A DNA stretch of 64,000 nt, taken from Cenarchaeum sp. Lineage in GTDB: Archaea > Thermoproteota > Nitrososphaeria > Nitrososphaerales > Nitrosopumilaceae. Within the stretch, counting starts at the first letter, position 1. The number at the start of each line of letters is the position of its first letter. The DNA lies in the NCBI GenBank assembly GCA_965206845.1, contig OZ242221.1:320001-384000 (forward strand), given 5' to 3'. Under the pieces are notes generated by a model. That model worked only from the letters and a program-made list of their open reading frames with translations. It was not told the origin of the DNA and did not search any database. The translations under genes and the position numbers were made by a program. Below are positions 48,976 through 57,628 of this stretch, piece after piece.

Positions 48976-50250
48976 TTGGCCAATGTCCTGGTGGTGGGAT
49001 CCGGAGGCAGGGAACACGCCCTCTCTTGGAAGCTGTCCCAGAGCAGTGCGGTCGATACCGTGTTTATCGCTCCGGGAAACGGCGGAACCCGGGACAACGT
49101 GTTCGTAGCCGCCGAGGACATCGGTGGTCTGGCAGGCTTTGCAGAGAAGAACGACTGCTTTACCGTGGTAGGCCCCGAGGTGCCCCTGTCCATGGGTATT
49201 GTCGACCTGTTCCGCCGGAGGAACCTGGAGATCTTCGGGCCCACGGGGGGCTCCGCGCAGCTCGAGTCCAGCAAGATCTGGGCAAAGCAGTTCATGAAGA
49301 GGAACGGCATCCCCACTGCGGGGTTTGAGGTGTTTGATGACAGGAAAGAGGCGCTAGAGTACGTGGCTAGCACGCCGCACCAGGTGGTCGTAAAGGCCGA
49401 CGGGCTGGCAGCCGGAAAGGGCGTGTTTGTGTGCTCTGATGCGGCAGGGGCAGGGGATGCCGTGGATGCCATACTGGGCAGAAATGTGTTCGGGCGGGCG
49501 GGCAGCCGCATAGTGGTGGAGGAGAGGATCGACGGCGTCGAGGCGTCGTACATCGCCCTGTGCGACGGCGACACCGTGGTGCCCATGGCGACCAGCCAGG
49601 ATCACAAGAGGATATACGACGGGGACAGGGGTCCGAACACCGGCGGCATGGGGGCCTACTCGCCCACGCCGGCGGTGGATGCAGAGATTGCGGCGAAGAT
49701 CCAGAGCCGGATCATAGAGCCCACCGTCTCTGCCATGAAGGGCCTCGGCCTCCCATTCCAGGGATTCCTCTATGCCGGAATAATGGTAAAGGACGGGGAG
49801 CCGTACGTGCTGGAGTTCAACACCAGGATGGGCGATCCCGAGTGCCAGCCGATTGTCATGAGAATGGACTTTGACCTCTACGAGTACCTGCTTGAGTGCT
49901 CCCGGGGCAGGCTGTCCCGGCTCCCTGCCCCGCGCTGGAAGAGCCAGAGCGCTGTGTGCGTCGTGCTGGCATCCCGCGGATACCCGGGGAAGTACCCCAA
50001 GGGCGAGGAGATAACGGGTCTTGGGGAGGTACGCGACGGCATGGTGTTTCACGCTGGAACCCGGAGGGACTCGGGCCGGGTTCTGACCACCGGCGGCAGG
50101 GTGCTGGGCGTGACAGCTCTGGGCTCGGATCTGAGGGATGCGGTGTCGCGGGCGTACTCGATGGCAGACAAGATACGCTGGCCACACAAGCACTGCCGGA
50201 CGGACATTGGGAGTTGGGGCCTGTCCGGCGCGGATCAGGCCGCCCTGTGA
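48976..50250 (+). CDS. purD: phosphoribosylamine--glycine ligase
   Basis: GSGGREHAL, VVGPE, KADGLAAGKGV, QDHKR, GPNTGGMGAY, EFNTRMGDPE. Confidence 0.96.
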   Translation: MANVLVVGSGGREHALSWKLSQSSAVDTVFIAPGNGGTRDNVFVAAEDIGGLAGFAEKNDCFTVVGPEVPLSMGIVDLFRRRNLEIFGPTGGSAQLESSKIWAKQFMKRNGIPTAGFEVFDDRKEALEYVASTPHQVVVKADGLAAGKGVFVCSDAAGAGDAVDAILGRNVFGRAGSRIVVEERIDGVEASYIALCDGDTVVPMATSQDHKRIYDGDRGPNTGGMGAYSPTPAVDAEIAAKIQSRIIEPTVSAMKGLGLPFQGFLYAGIMVKDGEPYVLEFNTRMGDPECQPIVMRMDFDLYEYLLECSRGRLSRLPAPRWKSQSAVCVVLASRGYPGKYPKGEEITGLGEVRDGMVFHAGTRRDSGRVLTTGGRVLGVTALGSDLRDAVSRAYSMADKIRWPHKHCRTDIGSWGLSGADQAAL

Positions 50251-50807
50251 TCGGTCCTAAAGGCGCCATTCTCTGTTGCCACCCAGTGCACCCTCATGTC
50301 GTGCCCGTCAAACGGGATCGACTCCACAACCTGCAGCCGGTACGCGACTGCAATTGATGTGGCACCCGAGCCGCCAAGAAACCGGTCATAGTACCCGTGG
50401 CCATATCCCAGCCGGTGGCCGTCAGGGGCAACCCCCACGGCCGGCACAACGACCACGTCCATATCGCAGCATGTTGGGCATCTCTCCTTGGGCACCATGA
50501 TGCCAAACCGCCCCATCTCCAAGTCCTCCGGCCCGCCCACCGCGCAAAACACCATGTCGTCCCCGAGTATCCTGGGCAGCAGCACCTGCACCCCTCGGGA
50601 TATGGCATCTCGCATGATCTCCTGGGTCTGCACCTCGCTTCCCACGGGATGGTACAGGGCCATCCTGCGGGCCCGGGAGAACGCATCAATGCCATTCAGG
50701 CTGGAGTGTATCTTTTTGCTTGCGATCCTGGCATAGTCCGCAGGTATGGCGTTGCGCCTTTGCAGGAGGATCCGGCGGAGGGATTCCTTTGACGTGCTAT
50801 CTGCCAG
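50235..50807 (-). CDS. 5-formyltetrahydrofolate cyclo-ligase
   Basis: SKESLRR, LLPR, VVPAVG, RLGYGHGYYDRFL, HD; frame is open back to CTG at 50807. Confidence 0.9.
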   Translation of the reverse strand: MADSTSKESLRRILLQRRNAIPADYARIASKKIHSSLNGIDAFSRARRMALYHPVGSEVQTQEIMRDAISRGVQVLLPRILGDDMVFCAVGGPEDLEMGRFGIMVPKERCPTCCDMDVVVVPAVGVAPDGHRLGYGHGYYDRFLGGSGATSIAVAYRLQVVESIPFDGHDMRVHWVATENGAFRTDHRAA

Positions 50808-51675
50808 CCCGGGCCAGCTCCGCTGCTGCGACCGTGTTTCTCAAAAGCATCGCAACCGTCATGGGCCCGACTCCCCCGGGAACCGGCGTGACTAGGGACG
50901 CCTTTTGTATCACGTCCTCATAATCCGCATCGCCTGCGAGCCTTCCCTCGTGTCTTGTTATTGCCACATCGATTATCACCGCCCCGTCCTTTATCATGTC
51001 CCGGGTCAGCAGGAACTTTGCCCTGTTGCCCACTGCCGTGACTATGACGTCAGCCAGGCGCGTATGCCGTGCCAGATCTTTGGTCTTTGAGTGGCAGGTG
51101 GTCACGGTCGCGTCCCGGGCCAGCAGCATGTGGTACAGCGGCCTTCCGATCAGGTTGCTGCGGTTTATCACCACCACATGCCTGCCCCGGAGATCGACGT
51201 TGTGGTAGTCCAGCATCCTCATGATTCCCGAGGGCGTGCACGCAGCAAACGGCGCCCTGCCCATCGAGAGCAGGCCTGCGCTGCTCGGGGTCAGGCCGTC
51301 CACGTCCTTTGAGGGCAGCATTTTAGATATGATCTCAAAGCTGTCCAGGTGATCCGGCAGTGGCAGCTGCACCAGTATTCCGTGAACCCGGTCGTTGCAG
51401 TTGAGCGAGTCCACCAGCCTGCCAAGCTCCTCCTGCGTGATCGAGGCGGAAAGGCGGTGATCATCTGTTGCAATCCCGGCCTCCTGGCACGCCTTGTGCT
51501 TGTTTCTGACATATGTAGCCGAGGCCGGATCGTCTCCCACCAGTATGGTCGCAAGGCAGGGCAGGATGCCCTCGCGCTTTAGCGCGTCAACGGCCTCCTT
51601 TACCTCGAGCCTCACCGACTGCGCAATCACCTTGCCGTCAATCTTGCCGCCACTCAACACTGCCAGAACCGGCAT
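50797..51675 (-). CDS. folD: methylene-THF dehydrogenase/cyclohydrolase
   Basis: IDGK, YVRNKHKAC, GILVQLPLP, KDVDG, CTPSG, TPVPGGVGPMTVAML. Confidence 0.95.
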   Translation of the reverse strand: MPVLAVLSGGKIDGKVIAQSVRLEVKEAVDALKREGILPCLATILVGDDPASATYVRNKHKACQEAGIATDDHRLSASITQEELGRLVDSLNCNDRVHGILVQLPLPDHLDSFEIISKMLPSKDVDGLTPSSAGLLSMGRAPFAACTPSGIMRMLDYHNVDLRGRHVVVINRSNLIGRPLYHMLLARDATVTTCHSKTKDLARHTRLADVIVTAVGNRAKFLLTRDMIKDGAVIIDVAITRHEGRLAGDADYEDVIQKASLVTPVPGGVGPMTVAMLLRNTVAAAELARAGR

Positions 51676-51960
51676 GTCTCTATTTAATCCTAGGGTGGTC
51701 TTTTCTGCAGGTGGTGCCCAAATGGCCTCCACTGGGATCACACATCCCTGGCCGGTGCGCGGCAGCGATGCTGCCCCGCAGAACCGCCCACGGTACGACG
51801 TCCTGGCCGGGCCGCCTTGAAGGCCGAGGGGCATCCCGGGCCGGTACGGGCAGGCATAGCGCGGACTCGCAGCTCGTTCGGGGCGGGAACCGCCGCCTAG
51901 ACGGGAATAGCACCTCAAATGGTCAGCGCAGATGTCCGTATGGCGCCGTCTACCACGGCG

Positions 51961-52593
51961 CTACGCCGGAGGATCCTCGATGATCGTCCGTCTCCCCTCA
52001 ATTTTGATCCTTCCGGTGGCAAAGAGGTTTACGGCCCGCGGGTATAGGATGTGCTCCCTTCTTAGAATCCTTTCTGACAGCGACTCGGCGGTATCGTCAT
52101 CACGCACCAGAACTACATCCTGCAAGATGACAGGGCCCGTATCCACTCCCTCGTCGACAAGGTGCACCGTGCATCCGGAGCACTTTGCTCCGTATTTTAC
52201 CGCCTGCCCTTGCGCGTCGAGTCCAGGAAATGCCGGCAGCAGGGCTGGATGTATGTTCAGAATTCTGTTTCTGTACATCCTTACAAACTGCGGGCTGATG
52301 ATCCGCATAAAGCCGGCAAGGCAGACCAGGCCGTTCTCTGGAGTCACGCCGCAGTCTTTGAGTGCAGAGACGATCCTCTGGTCGTACCCCCATCGGTCGC
52401 CTGCAAAACCCCTGCTCTCTATGACGCGGGTCTCCACCCCCAGCCTTTTGGCAGACGCAAGCCCTAAGGCGTCTGGCCTGTTTGATATGACAACGGCAGG
52501 GTTGATCGGAATCCTGCCGCCCCTTGCGGCCTTTAGAATTGCGCTCATATTGCTACCACGGCCGGAGATCAGTATTCCAAGATTCAGCAACAT
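51961..52593 (-). CDS. purN: phosphoribosylglycinamide formyltransferase
   Basis: ISGRGSN, LAGFMRI, NIHPALLPAFPG, GCTVHLVDEGVDTGP. Confidence 0.95.
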   Translation of the reverse strand: MLLNLGILISGRGSNMSAILKAARGGRIPINPAVVISNRPDALGLASAKRLGVETRVIESRGFAGDRWGYDQRIVSALKDCGVTPENGLVCLAGFMRIISPQFVRMYRNRILNIHPALLPAFPGLDAQGQAVKYGAKCSGCTVHLVDEGVDTGPVILQDVVLVRDDDTAESLSERILRREHILYPRAVNLFATGRIKIEGRRTIIEDPPA

Positions 52594-52766
52594 GTGGTGG
52601 CGCATAAAATCTACATTTAATCTGTATGACTGCGGGATCAGACCTCGCATACTGCTCAGGCGGCGGCTCCCGGACAGGCATCCCTTGGGGGCAGCCCACG
52701 AGGCATGATCCGGGCCGCCCCTGTAGAACACCGTGATTTATATGAAAACCAGACTTCGCTTGACAG

Positions 52767-53747
52767 ATGGTTGGCAGGGTGAGAGTGGCAGAGGGCGGCG
52801 GAATCTGCCAGACCGAGACCGCAACCATATACCTGGATCCTAAACGGTCAAGTCCGGACGGAGTCAATTTTGTCTCCCACGCCCACATGGATCACCTGCC
52901 GTCGGGGAACGGCGGCACCGTGCTGGCCTCGTCTGAGACGCGCAGGATTGCCGAGCTGCGCGGCTTTAGGATGGAGAACCATACAGAGCACACGGAGGGC
53001 GCCACGCTCATAGACTCCGGCCACATACTTGGCTCCAAGGGGCTCCTGGCCGATGGCGTCTTTTACACAGGGGACATATGCGCCAGGGACAGGGGATTTC
53101 TCAAGGGCGCAAGGGTTCCAAAGTGCGACATCCTGATTACCGAGTGCACCTTTGGCCTGCCGGAGTTTGTCTTTCCGCCCATACGGGAGACCGAGTCTGC
53201 AGTGAACCGGTTCATATCCGAGATGTACTCCAAGGGAAGGCCCGTCATACTCATGGGGTACCAGCTGGGCAAGGCCCAGACGATTGCGCACATGTTTGGC
53301 CACTGGGATCCACTATACTACAGCGACGAGATCGTAAAAATGAACGACCTGCACCGGAGTCTGGGAGTCCCGCTCAAGGATGCGATGGGGCACACCGAGG
53401 CAGAGCGGAAGGGACTCCTAGACAAAAAACCATGGGTAATGATAGCGCCAATGATGTCAGGCAGGAACCCGTTCATACAGGGCATGAAGGCCAGATACGG
53501 CGCGGTGACAGTCGGATTCAGCGGATGGGCAAAGTCAGCCAGGTTTGCGTTTGGCCGCAGGTGTGACGTGTCGATGGCAATGAGCGACCACTGCGACTTC
53601 AACGAGCTGGTCCAGATGGTGGCAGACTCGCAGGCAGGGAAGATTTACACCGTACACGGATTTGTCGCAGAGTTTGCGTCACACCTCAGAAAGATGGGAT
53701 TTGACGCGCAGCCGTTAAAAGCAGGCAGCCTGGACAGATACACCTAG
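52767..53747 (+). CDS. metallo-beta-lactamase/beta-CASP fold nuclease
   Basis: SHAHMDH, GHILGS, YTGD, ECTFG, LGKAQ, SDHCD, VHG. Confidence 0.85.
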   Translation: MVGRVRVAEGGGICQTETATIYLDPKRSSPDGVNFVSHAHMDHLPSGNGGTVLASSETRRIAELRGFRMENHTEHTEGATLIDSGHILGSKGLLADGVFYTGDICARDRGFLKGARVPKCDILITECTFGLPEFVFPPIRETESAVNRFISEMYSKGRPVILMGYQLGKAQTIAHMFGHWDPLYYSDEIVKMNDLHRSLGVPLKDAMGHTEAERKGLLDKKPWVMIAPMMSGRNPFIQGMKARYGAVTVGFSGWAKSARFAFGRRCDVSMAMSDHCDFNELVQMVADSQAGKIYTVHGFVAEFASHLRKMGFDAQPLKAGSLDRYT

Positions 53748-53987
53748 GACTTTGGCGCCGCCGAGGCGCGGGGGCACGGCACGGTTCACGGATCCCAGAT
53801 ACGGGATCCGCCGGTTGCCCGTAAACCGCAGATCTCTTCTCAGATACCGGCATCTGCTGCGATCCTACCAGACACGACAGCCTAACGCGGGTTGTGGCGC
53901 AGGAAAGCGAGCATGCATGCCGTGACGGCAAGCGAGGCACCAGAGGCACCCGACAGGATGTCCAGGACATAACCCTGTACGGTGCGG

Positions 53988-54254
53988 CTACCGTGTCTGG
54001 GAGCCGCCTTTGCCGCTCTGTTTTTTGAACTCTGTGCAGTCGCAGGACTGGATCAGGCATGTCCCAGAGTTTCTTATGTGATCGTCTAGCATGTGGCGGC
54101 AGTTCTGGTTATGGCATATTCGGCGCTCCGTCTCCCTCATGACCACCCTCTGGGCTATGGAGTTTGCCTGCTCTTTGGGATACCCCTTCTTGTCTATGTA
54201 GTAGCGTATGATTCTGTTATAGAGTAAATCTGCATTAAACTCCGACTCGATCAA
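53988..54254 (-). CDS. conserved hypothetical protein with Cys/His-rich C-terminus
   Basis: YYIDKKGY, CHNQNCRH...H...C...CDC. Confidence 0.65.
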   Translation of the reverse strand: MIESEFNADLLYNRIIRYYIDKKGYPKEQANSIAQRVVMRETERRICHNQNCRHMLDDHIRNSGTCLIQSCDCTEFKKQSGKGGSQTR

Positions 54255-54499
54255 CCCTTTCCACCTTGGGACGGAATCCAGCGCAGTGTGATTGTGGAGC
54301 GAATGCGCCTGATTCTGCGGATCTTCTTTGTGATGATCTCATCCATGGCATCCCTGTCATCGGACTGGATCTTGCAGAAGATGTCATGGACACCATACGT
54401 TCCCCTTACCTCTTTTATCTCTGGAAGCCTTGCCAGTTCTTCAATAATGTCTACCTCGGCACCCAGATCGCACTGAATCAGCACGTAGACGATCTCCAT
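54251..54499 (-). CDS. Lrp/AsnC ligand-binding domain protein
   Basis: YVLIQCDLG, GTYGVHDI, IRSTITL. Confidence 0.88.
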   Translation of the reverse strand: MEIVYVLIQCDLGAEVDIIEELARLPEIKEVRGTYGVHDIFCKIQSDDRDAMDEIITKKIRRIRRIRSTITLRWIPSQGGKG

Positions 54500-54779
54500 A
54501 CTTGCTCAATAACCATATGCCGCTTTCAGTATATATGCAGATGAGATTGCTCCTTTTTAGATTGGCAGGTTGGCACCTAATGCGGAATTTGTCGCCGTCT
54601 CATCCCGCAATGCTGGTACTGGCGCCGCATGTGGCATCTCGTTTACATACACCATTGGACCGTCAGACCTCAAATGATTCTCCACGGGTGTTACGTGGAT
54701 GAGAACATGAATGGTTACTAAACAGATACTCCAGGGGAGCATTGAACGTTAATATTTCGTTAATTCAGGAATACGACAA

Positions 54780-55358
54780 ATGATATCAATGGAAAAGGCG
54801 GCAGCCGGATGGTCTATAGCCATCGTAGCAATTTTTGTCGCACTTGCAGCAGCTGGTGACTCGGTTCAGAGCACAAGCGCGCCGATAGCAGTTCCCTCCG
54901 CCCCACCCGCAGTTGTTGAGCAACCAGTAGAGGCAGAGACGATGATAGAAGAAGGGCTCATGATAGAAGAAGCGATGGCCGAAGAGGAGGAGGAGGCCAT
55001 GGCAGAAGAGGAAGCGATGGCCGAAGAAGAGGAGGCAACAACAGAGCCCACAGAACCGCAGACCGTAACAGTCGAGATACCCATAGACACGGCACTCCCA
55101 GGATGTGAGATCACCGACGCATGCTACATACCCGGCTCCGTAACCATCAATGTTGGCGACACGGTGGCATGGGACAACGCAGACATCGCTGCACACACGG
55201 TAACAAGCGGCTCACCTCAAACCGGACCGAGCGGAGAATTCGACAGCAGCCTGATCATAGGCGGAGCGATATTTGAGGTGACCTTTGACGAGGCTGGAAG
55301 TTACGAGTACTTTTGCCTGGTCCATCCCTGGATGTTAGGCACTGTCGATGTAAGCTAA
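54780..55358 (+). CDS. membrane-anchored plastocyanin-like blue copper protein with acidic linker
   Basis: TM, EEEAMA repeats, HTVTSG, YFCLVHPWM. Confidence 0.9.
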   Translation: MISMEKAAAGWSIAIVAIFVALAAAGDSVQSTSAPIAVPSAPPAVVEQPVEAETMIEEGLMIEEAMAEEEEEAMAEEEAMAEEEEATTEPTEPQTVTVEIPIDTALPGCEITDACYIPGSVTINVGDTVAWDNADIAAHTVTSGSPQTGPSGEFDSSLIIGGAIFEVTFDEAGSYEYFCLVHPWMLGTVDVS

Positions 55359-57488
55359 GGGAATTATATACATGAGTACACAGTACACTTGCCTTTTTCT
55401 GGCGCTCTTGCAACCCTCCCGGCGCTTGGCTCTCGCGCCCTGTCTGGGGAACGCGCGGGAGCAATCCCGCGCTGGTGTCTCGCGTCTTTGGACGACCATC
55501 CCGGCCGCCCTGCCGCCACGGCTTCCGCCCTGGAGGCAATGTTATGCGCGGCATTGATGTCCGCGTTGACGTCATTGTCACATCTGTCATTGGTACAGCG
55601 GAACTCGCCCCGCGACACCCTGGATTCCTTGTCACTGTGGCCGCACCTGTGGCATGTTATGCTGGTGCCCTTGGGGTCCACCATAATTACAGTCACGCCC
55701 GCGTTCTCACAGGCGCCCCTGATCTGGCGCTGGAACGTCCCGGGCCTGGAGTAGGCCATCTCGCGGTTGAGCCCGGTCTTGGCCGTGCTTCCCTTTCCCT
55801 TGGCTCTTGCAGTCATGTTCACGAGGTTGAGGTCCTCCATGGCCACCGTTCCCGCGCCGTCCGCTATCCTCTTGGAGGCGTGGCGCTCCCAGTTGGTTTG
55901 CCTGTTGGCGAGCTTCTCGTGCTTCTTCCTGATCTTTCTCTGGAGCTCCTTGTAGCTTCTTGACTTGGGCTTCCTTGCCTCGTTCCTGTTGCGGCCGCTG
56001 GTGTTGTTGCTGCTGCCGCCGTTGGCGCCGTTCCCGCCGTCCGAGCCATCGCTCACGCCACTGGCGCCTTCCTTGGCATCCTGTTTGGTGCGCCTGTTGC
56101 CCCTCCCGCCGCGCTTCCTAGAGAGCTCCGAGTACATCTTCGATATGTCGTCGTTCTTCGCCCTCCTGCAGTCCTTTGGGAGGTCATAGAATGTGGGGTG
56201 GCCGGTGCCAAGGTCGACGGTGGCGGCGCCGTGGACTATGCCCATGTCGACGCCCCTGGTTACCGTGGACTCCGACGGCCCTGGGGCCTTGGTTTCAACC
56301 TGGATGTGGAGCCGGTACGTCCTGTTGTGGTCCTCGGTGCGTTTCGTGGTCCTCTTGGTCGTCTCGACGAGCTGGAAGGAGAGCATTTCGAGGCCATCCA
56401 CGTCGCCGTGCACCCTCACTATGCCGATACCGGGAAGATGCAGCATGCCGTTGCCCTTGTACACGGGATTCCTGAACACGGAGAGGGACCGCTGCTCCCC
56501 CTTCCTCTTAAACAGGGAATCCCTGTGGGTCCATTCGTTCCTCTTGTTGCTCCACTTGTTCGACGGCAGGTTGGGCGCGGTGCCGATGTCCGGTATCCCC
56601 TCCTTTTCCCGTTCCCGCCTGGCCAGGCGTTTCCACAGGGACTTGTTGGAGCGCTTTTTGCCGTTGGATGCCATGAATTTTTTTACGGCGTCAAGGCCCA
56701 GCAGGAGCCCCGCCCTCTGCACCCTGCTGTAGCAGGCCTCCTTGCGTCCAGCGGCCCGCGCTTTCTTGTCATGGACCAGCCACCCGTTTGCGTCCCTCCA
56801 TTTGGTGAGCATCTTGTTGAGGTCGAACTTGGTTGTCCTCGGGTCTTTCAGCTTTTCCCGCACCGCCATGTTGAACGCCCACCTCTGCTGGTCCATGTGG
56901 CGCGATATGAGATCCGACGTCTCGGCAGACTGGTCAAAGTCCATTTTTATGGTGCGTATCATGATGCCCTCCATTGGGCGCTTTGACCACTTTTTTGGCG
57001 CCGGCTCGGTTGCCGTTGCTGTTGCCGCTGCCGTTGGCGCAGTTGTGGTTGCCACGATGGGTTTCATTACCGCATGCAAATGCCAGCCGAGTATAAAAGG
57101 AGATATGGCGGTGCCGCGCCTGCCAGTGAGGTTCCGGCCGCCACGGTGTGGCGCCGGCACCGCGCGGGAACGGCGCCCCGGACGGAAGGCCCGAAGATGA
57201 CGGGTTTTGGCCGCTTTTGCATGCGGCTGCCGCCTTGCGCCAATGCCGGATCGGTTTGGGACGGCTCCCCATGCGGATCCGGCATTTGCCTGTATGAAAG
57301 GCGCAACCAAGCCGCCGCCTTCCGGGGCTCCTGCCTGCCTCGGGATGCCGGCCGGCATCGGAAAACCGGATGCAATTGCCGGCCCGTCATGAATCGGGAA
57401 GGCCGGTCTGTCGGACCGCATGATCGGCCGGGACGGGAAGCCCCGGCCATGCGGCAGCGCCGACAGTTTACTTAACTATGTAATTCCC
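55359..57488 (-). mobile_element. TIR-bounded non-autonomous element carrying tnpB
   Basis: TIR GGGAATTATATACATGAGTACACAGT / GGGAATTACATAGTTAAGTAAACTGT (20/26); TAA direct repeats at 55356-55358 and 57489-57491 (or CTAAG). Confidence 0.72.
55364..57067 (-). CDS. tnpB: TnpB-family RNA-guided endonuclease, about 567 aa
   Basis: RuvC-I GVDMG, RuvC-II AMEDL, zinc finger TSITCHRCG...FRCTNDRC, RuvC-III NADINAAHNI; TTTTATA upstream of ATG 57067. Confidence 0.88.
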   Translation of the reverse strand: MKPIVATTTAPTAAATATATEPAPKKWSKRPMEGIMIRTIKMDFDQSAETSDLISRHMDQQRWAFNMAVREKLKDPRTTKFDLNKMLTKWRDANGWLVHDKKARAAGRKEACYSRVQRAGLLLGLDAVKKFMASNGKKRSNKSLWKRLARREREKEGIPDIGTAPNLPSNKWSNKRNEWTHRDSLFKRKGEQRSLSVFRNPVYKGNGMLHLPGIGIVRVHGDVDGLEMLSFQLVETTKRTTKRTEDHNRTYRLHIQVETKAPGPSESTVTRGVDMGIVHGAATVDLGTGHPTFYDLPKDCRRAKNDDISKMYSELSRKRGGRGNRRTKQDAKEGASGVSDGSDGGNGANGGSSNNTSGRNRNEARKPKSRSYKELQRKIRKKHEKLANRQTNWERHASKRIADGAGTVAMEDLNLVNMTARAKGKGSTAKTGLNREMAYSRPGTFQRQIRGACENAGVTVIMVDPKGTSITCHRCGHSDKESRVSRGEFRCTNDRCDNDVNADINAAHNIASRAEAVAAGRPGWSSKDARHQRGIAPARSPDRAREPSAGRVARAPEKGKCTVYSCI

Positions 57489-57628
57489 TAAGTTAACCCA
57501 AAAACAAGGCCTTTTTGTCTCCCGATACCCGCACGAGTGTGGGATTACCCATAGCATCAAGATGAGGAACCTGCGCGGGAGCGGCCACACACGGGCAAGT
57601 TGCGCTTGCAGGAGGGCAGATACTGGCC

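Noticed and set aside
57068-57421. N-terminal extension of TnpB in the ORF track (685 aa)
   Set aside because: Arg/Pro/Ala-rich translation of hairpin DNA; a TATA box sits just upstream of ATG 57067.
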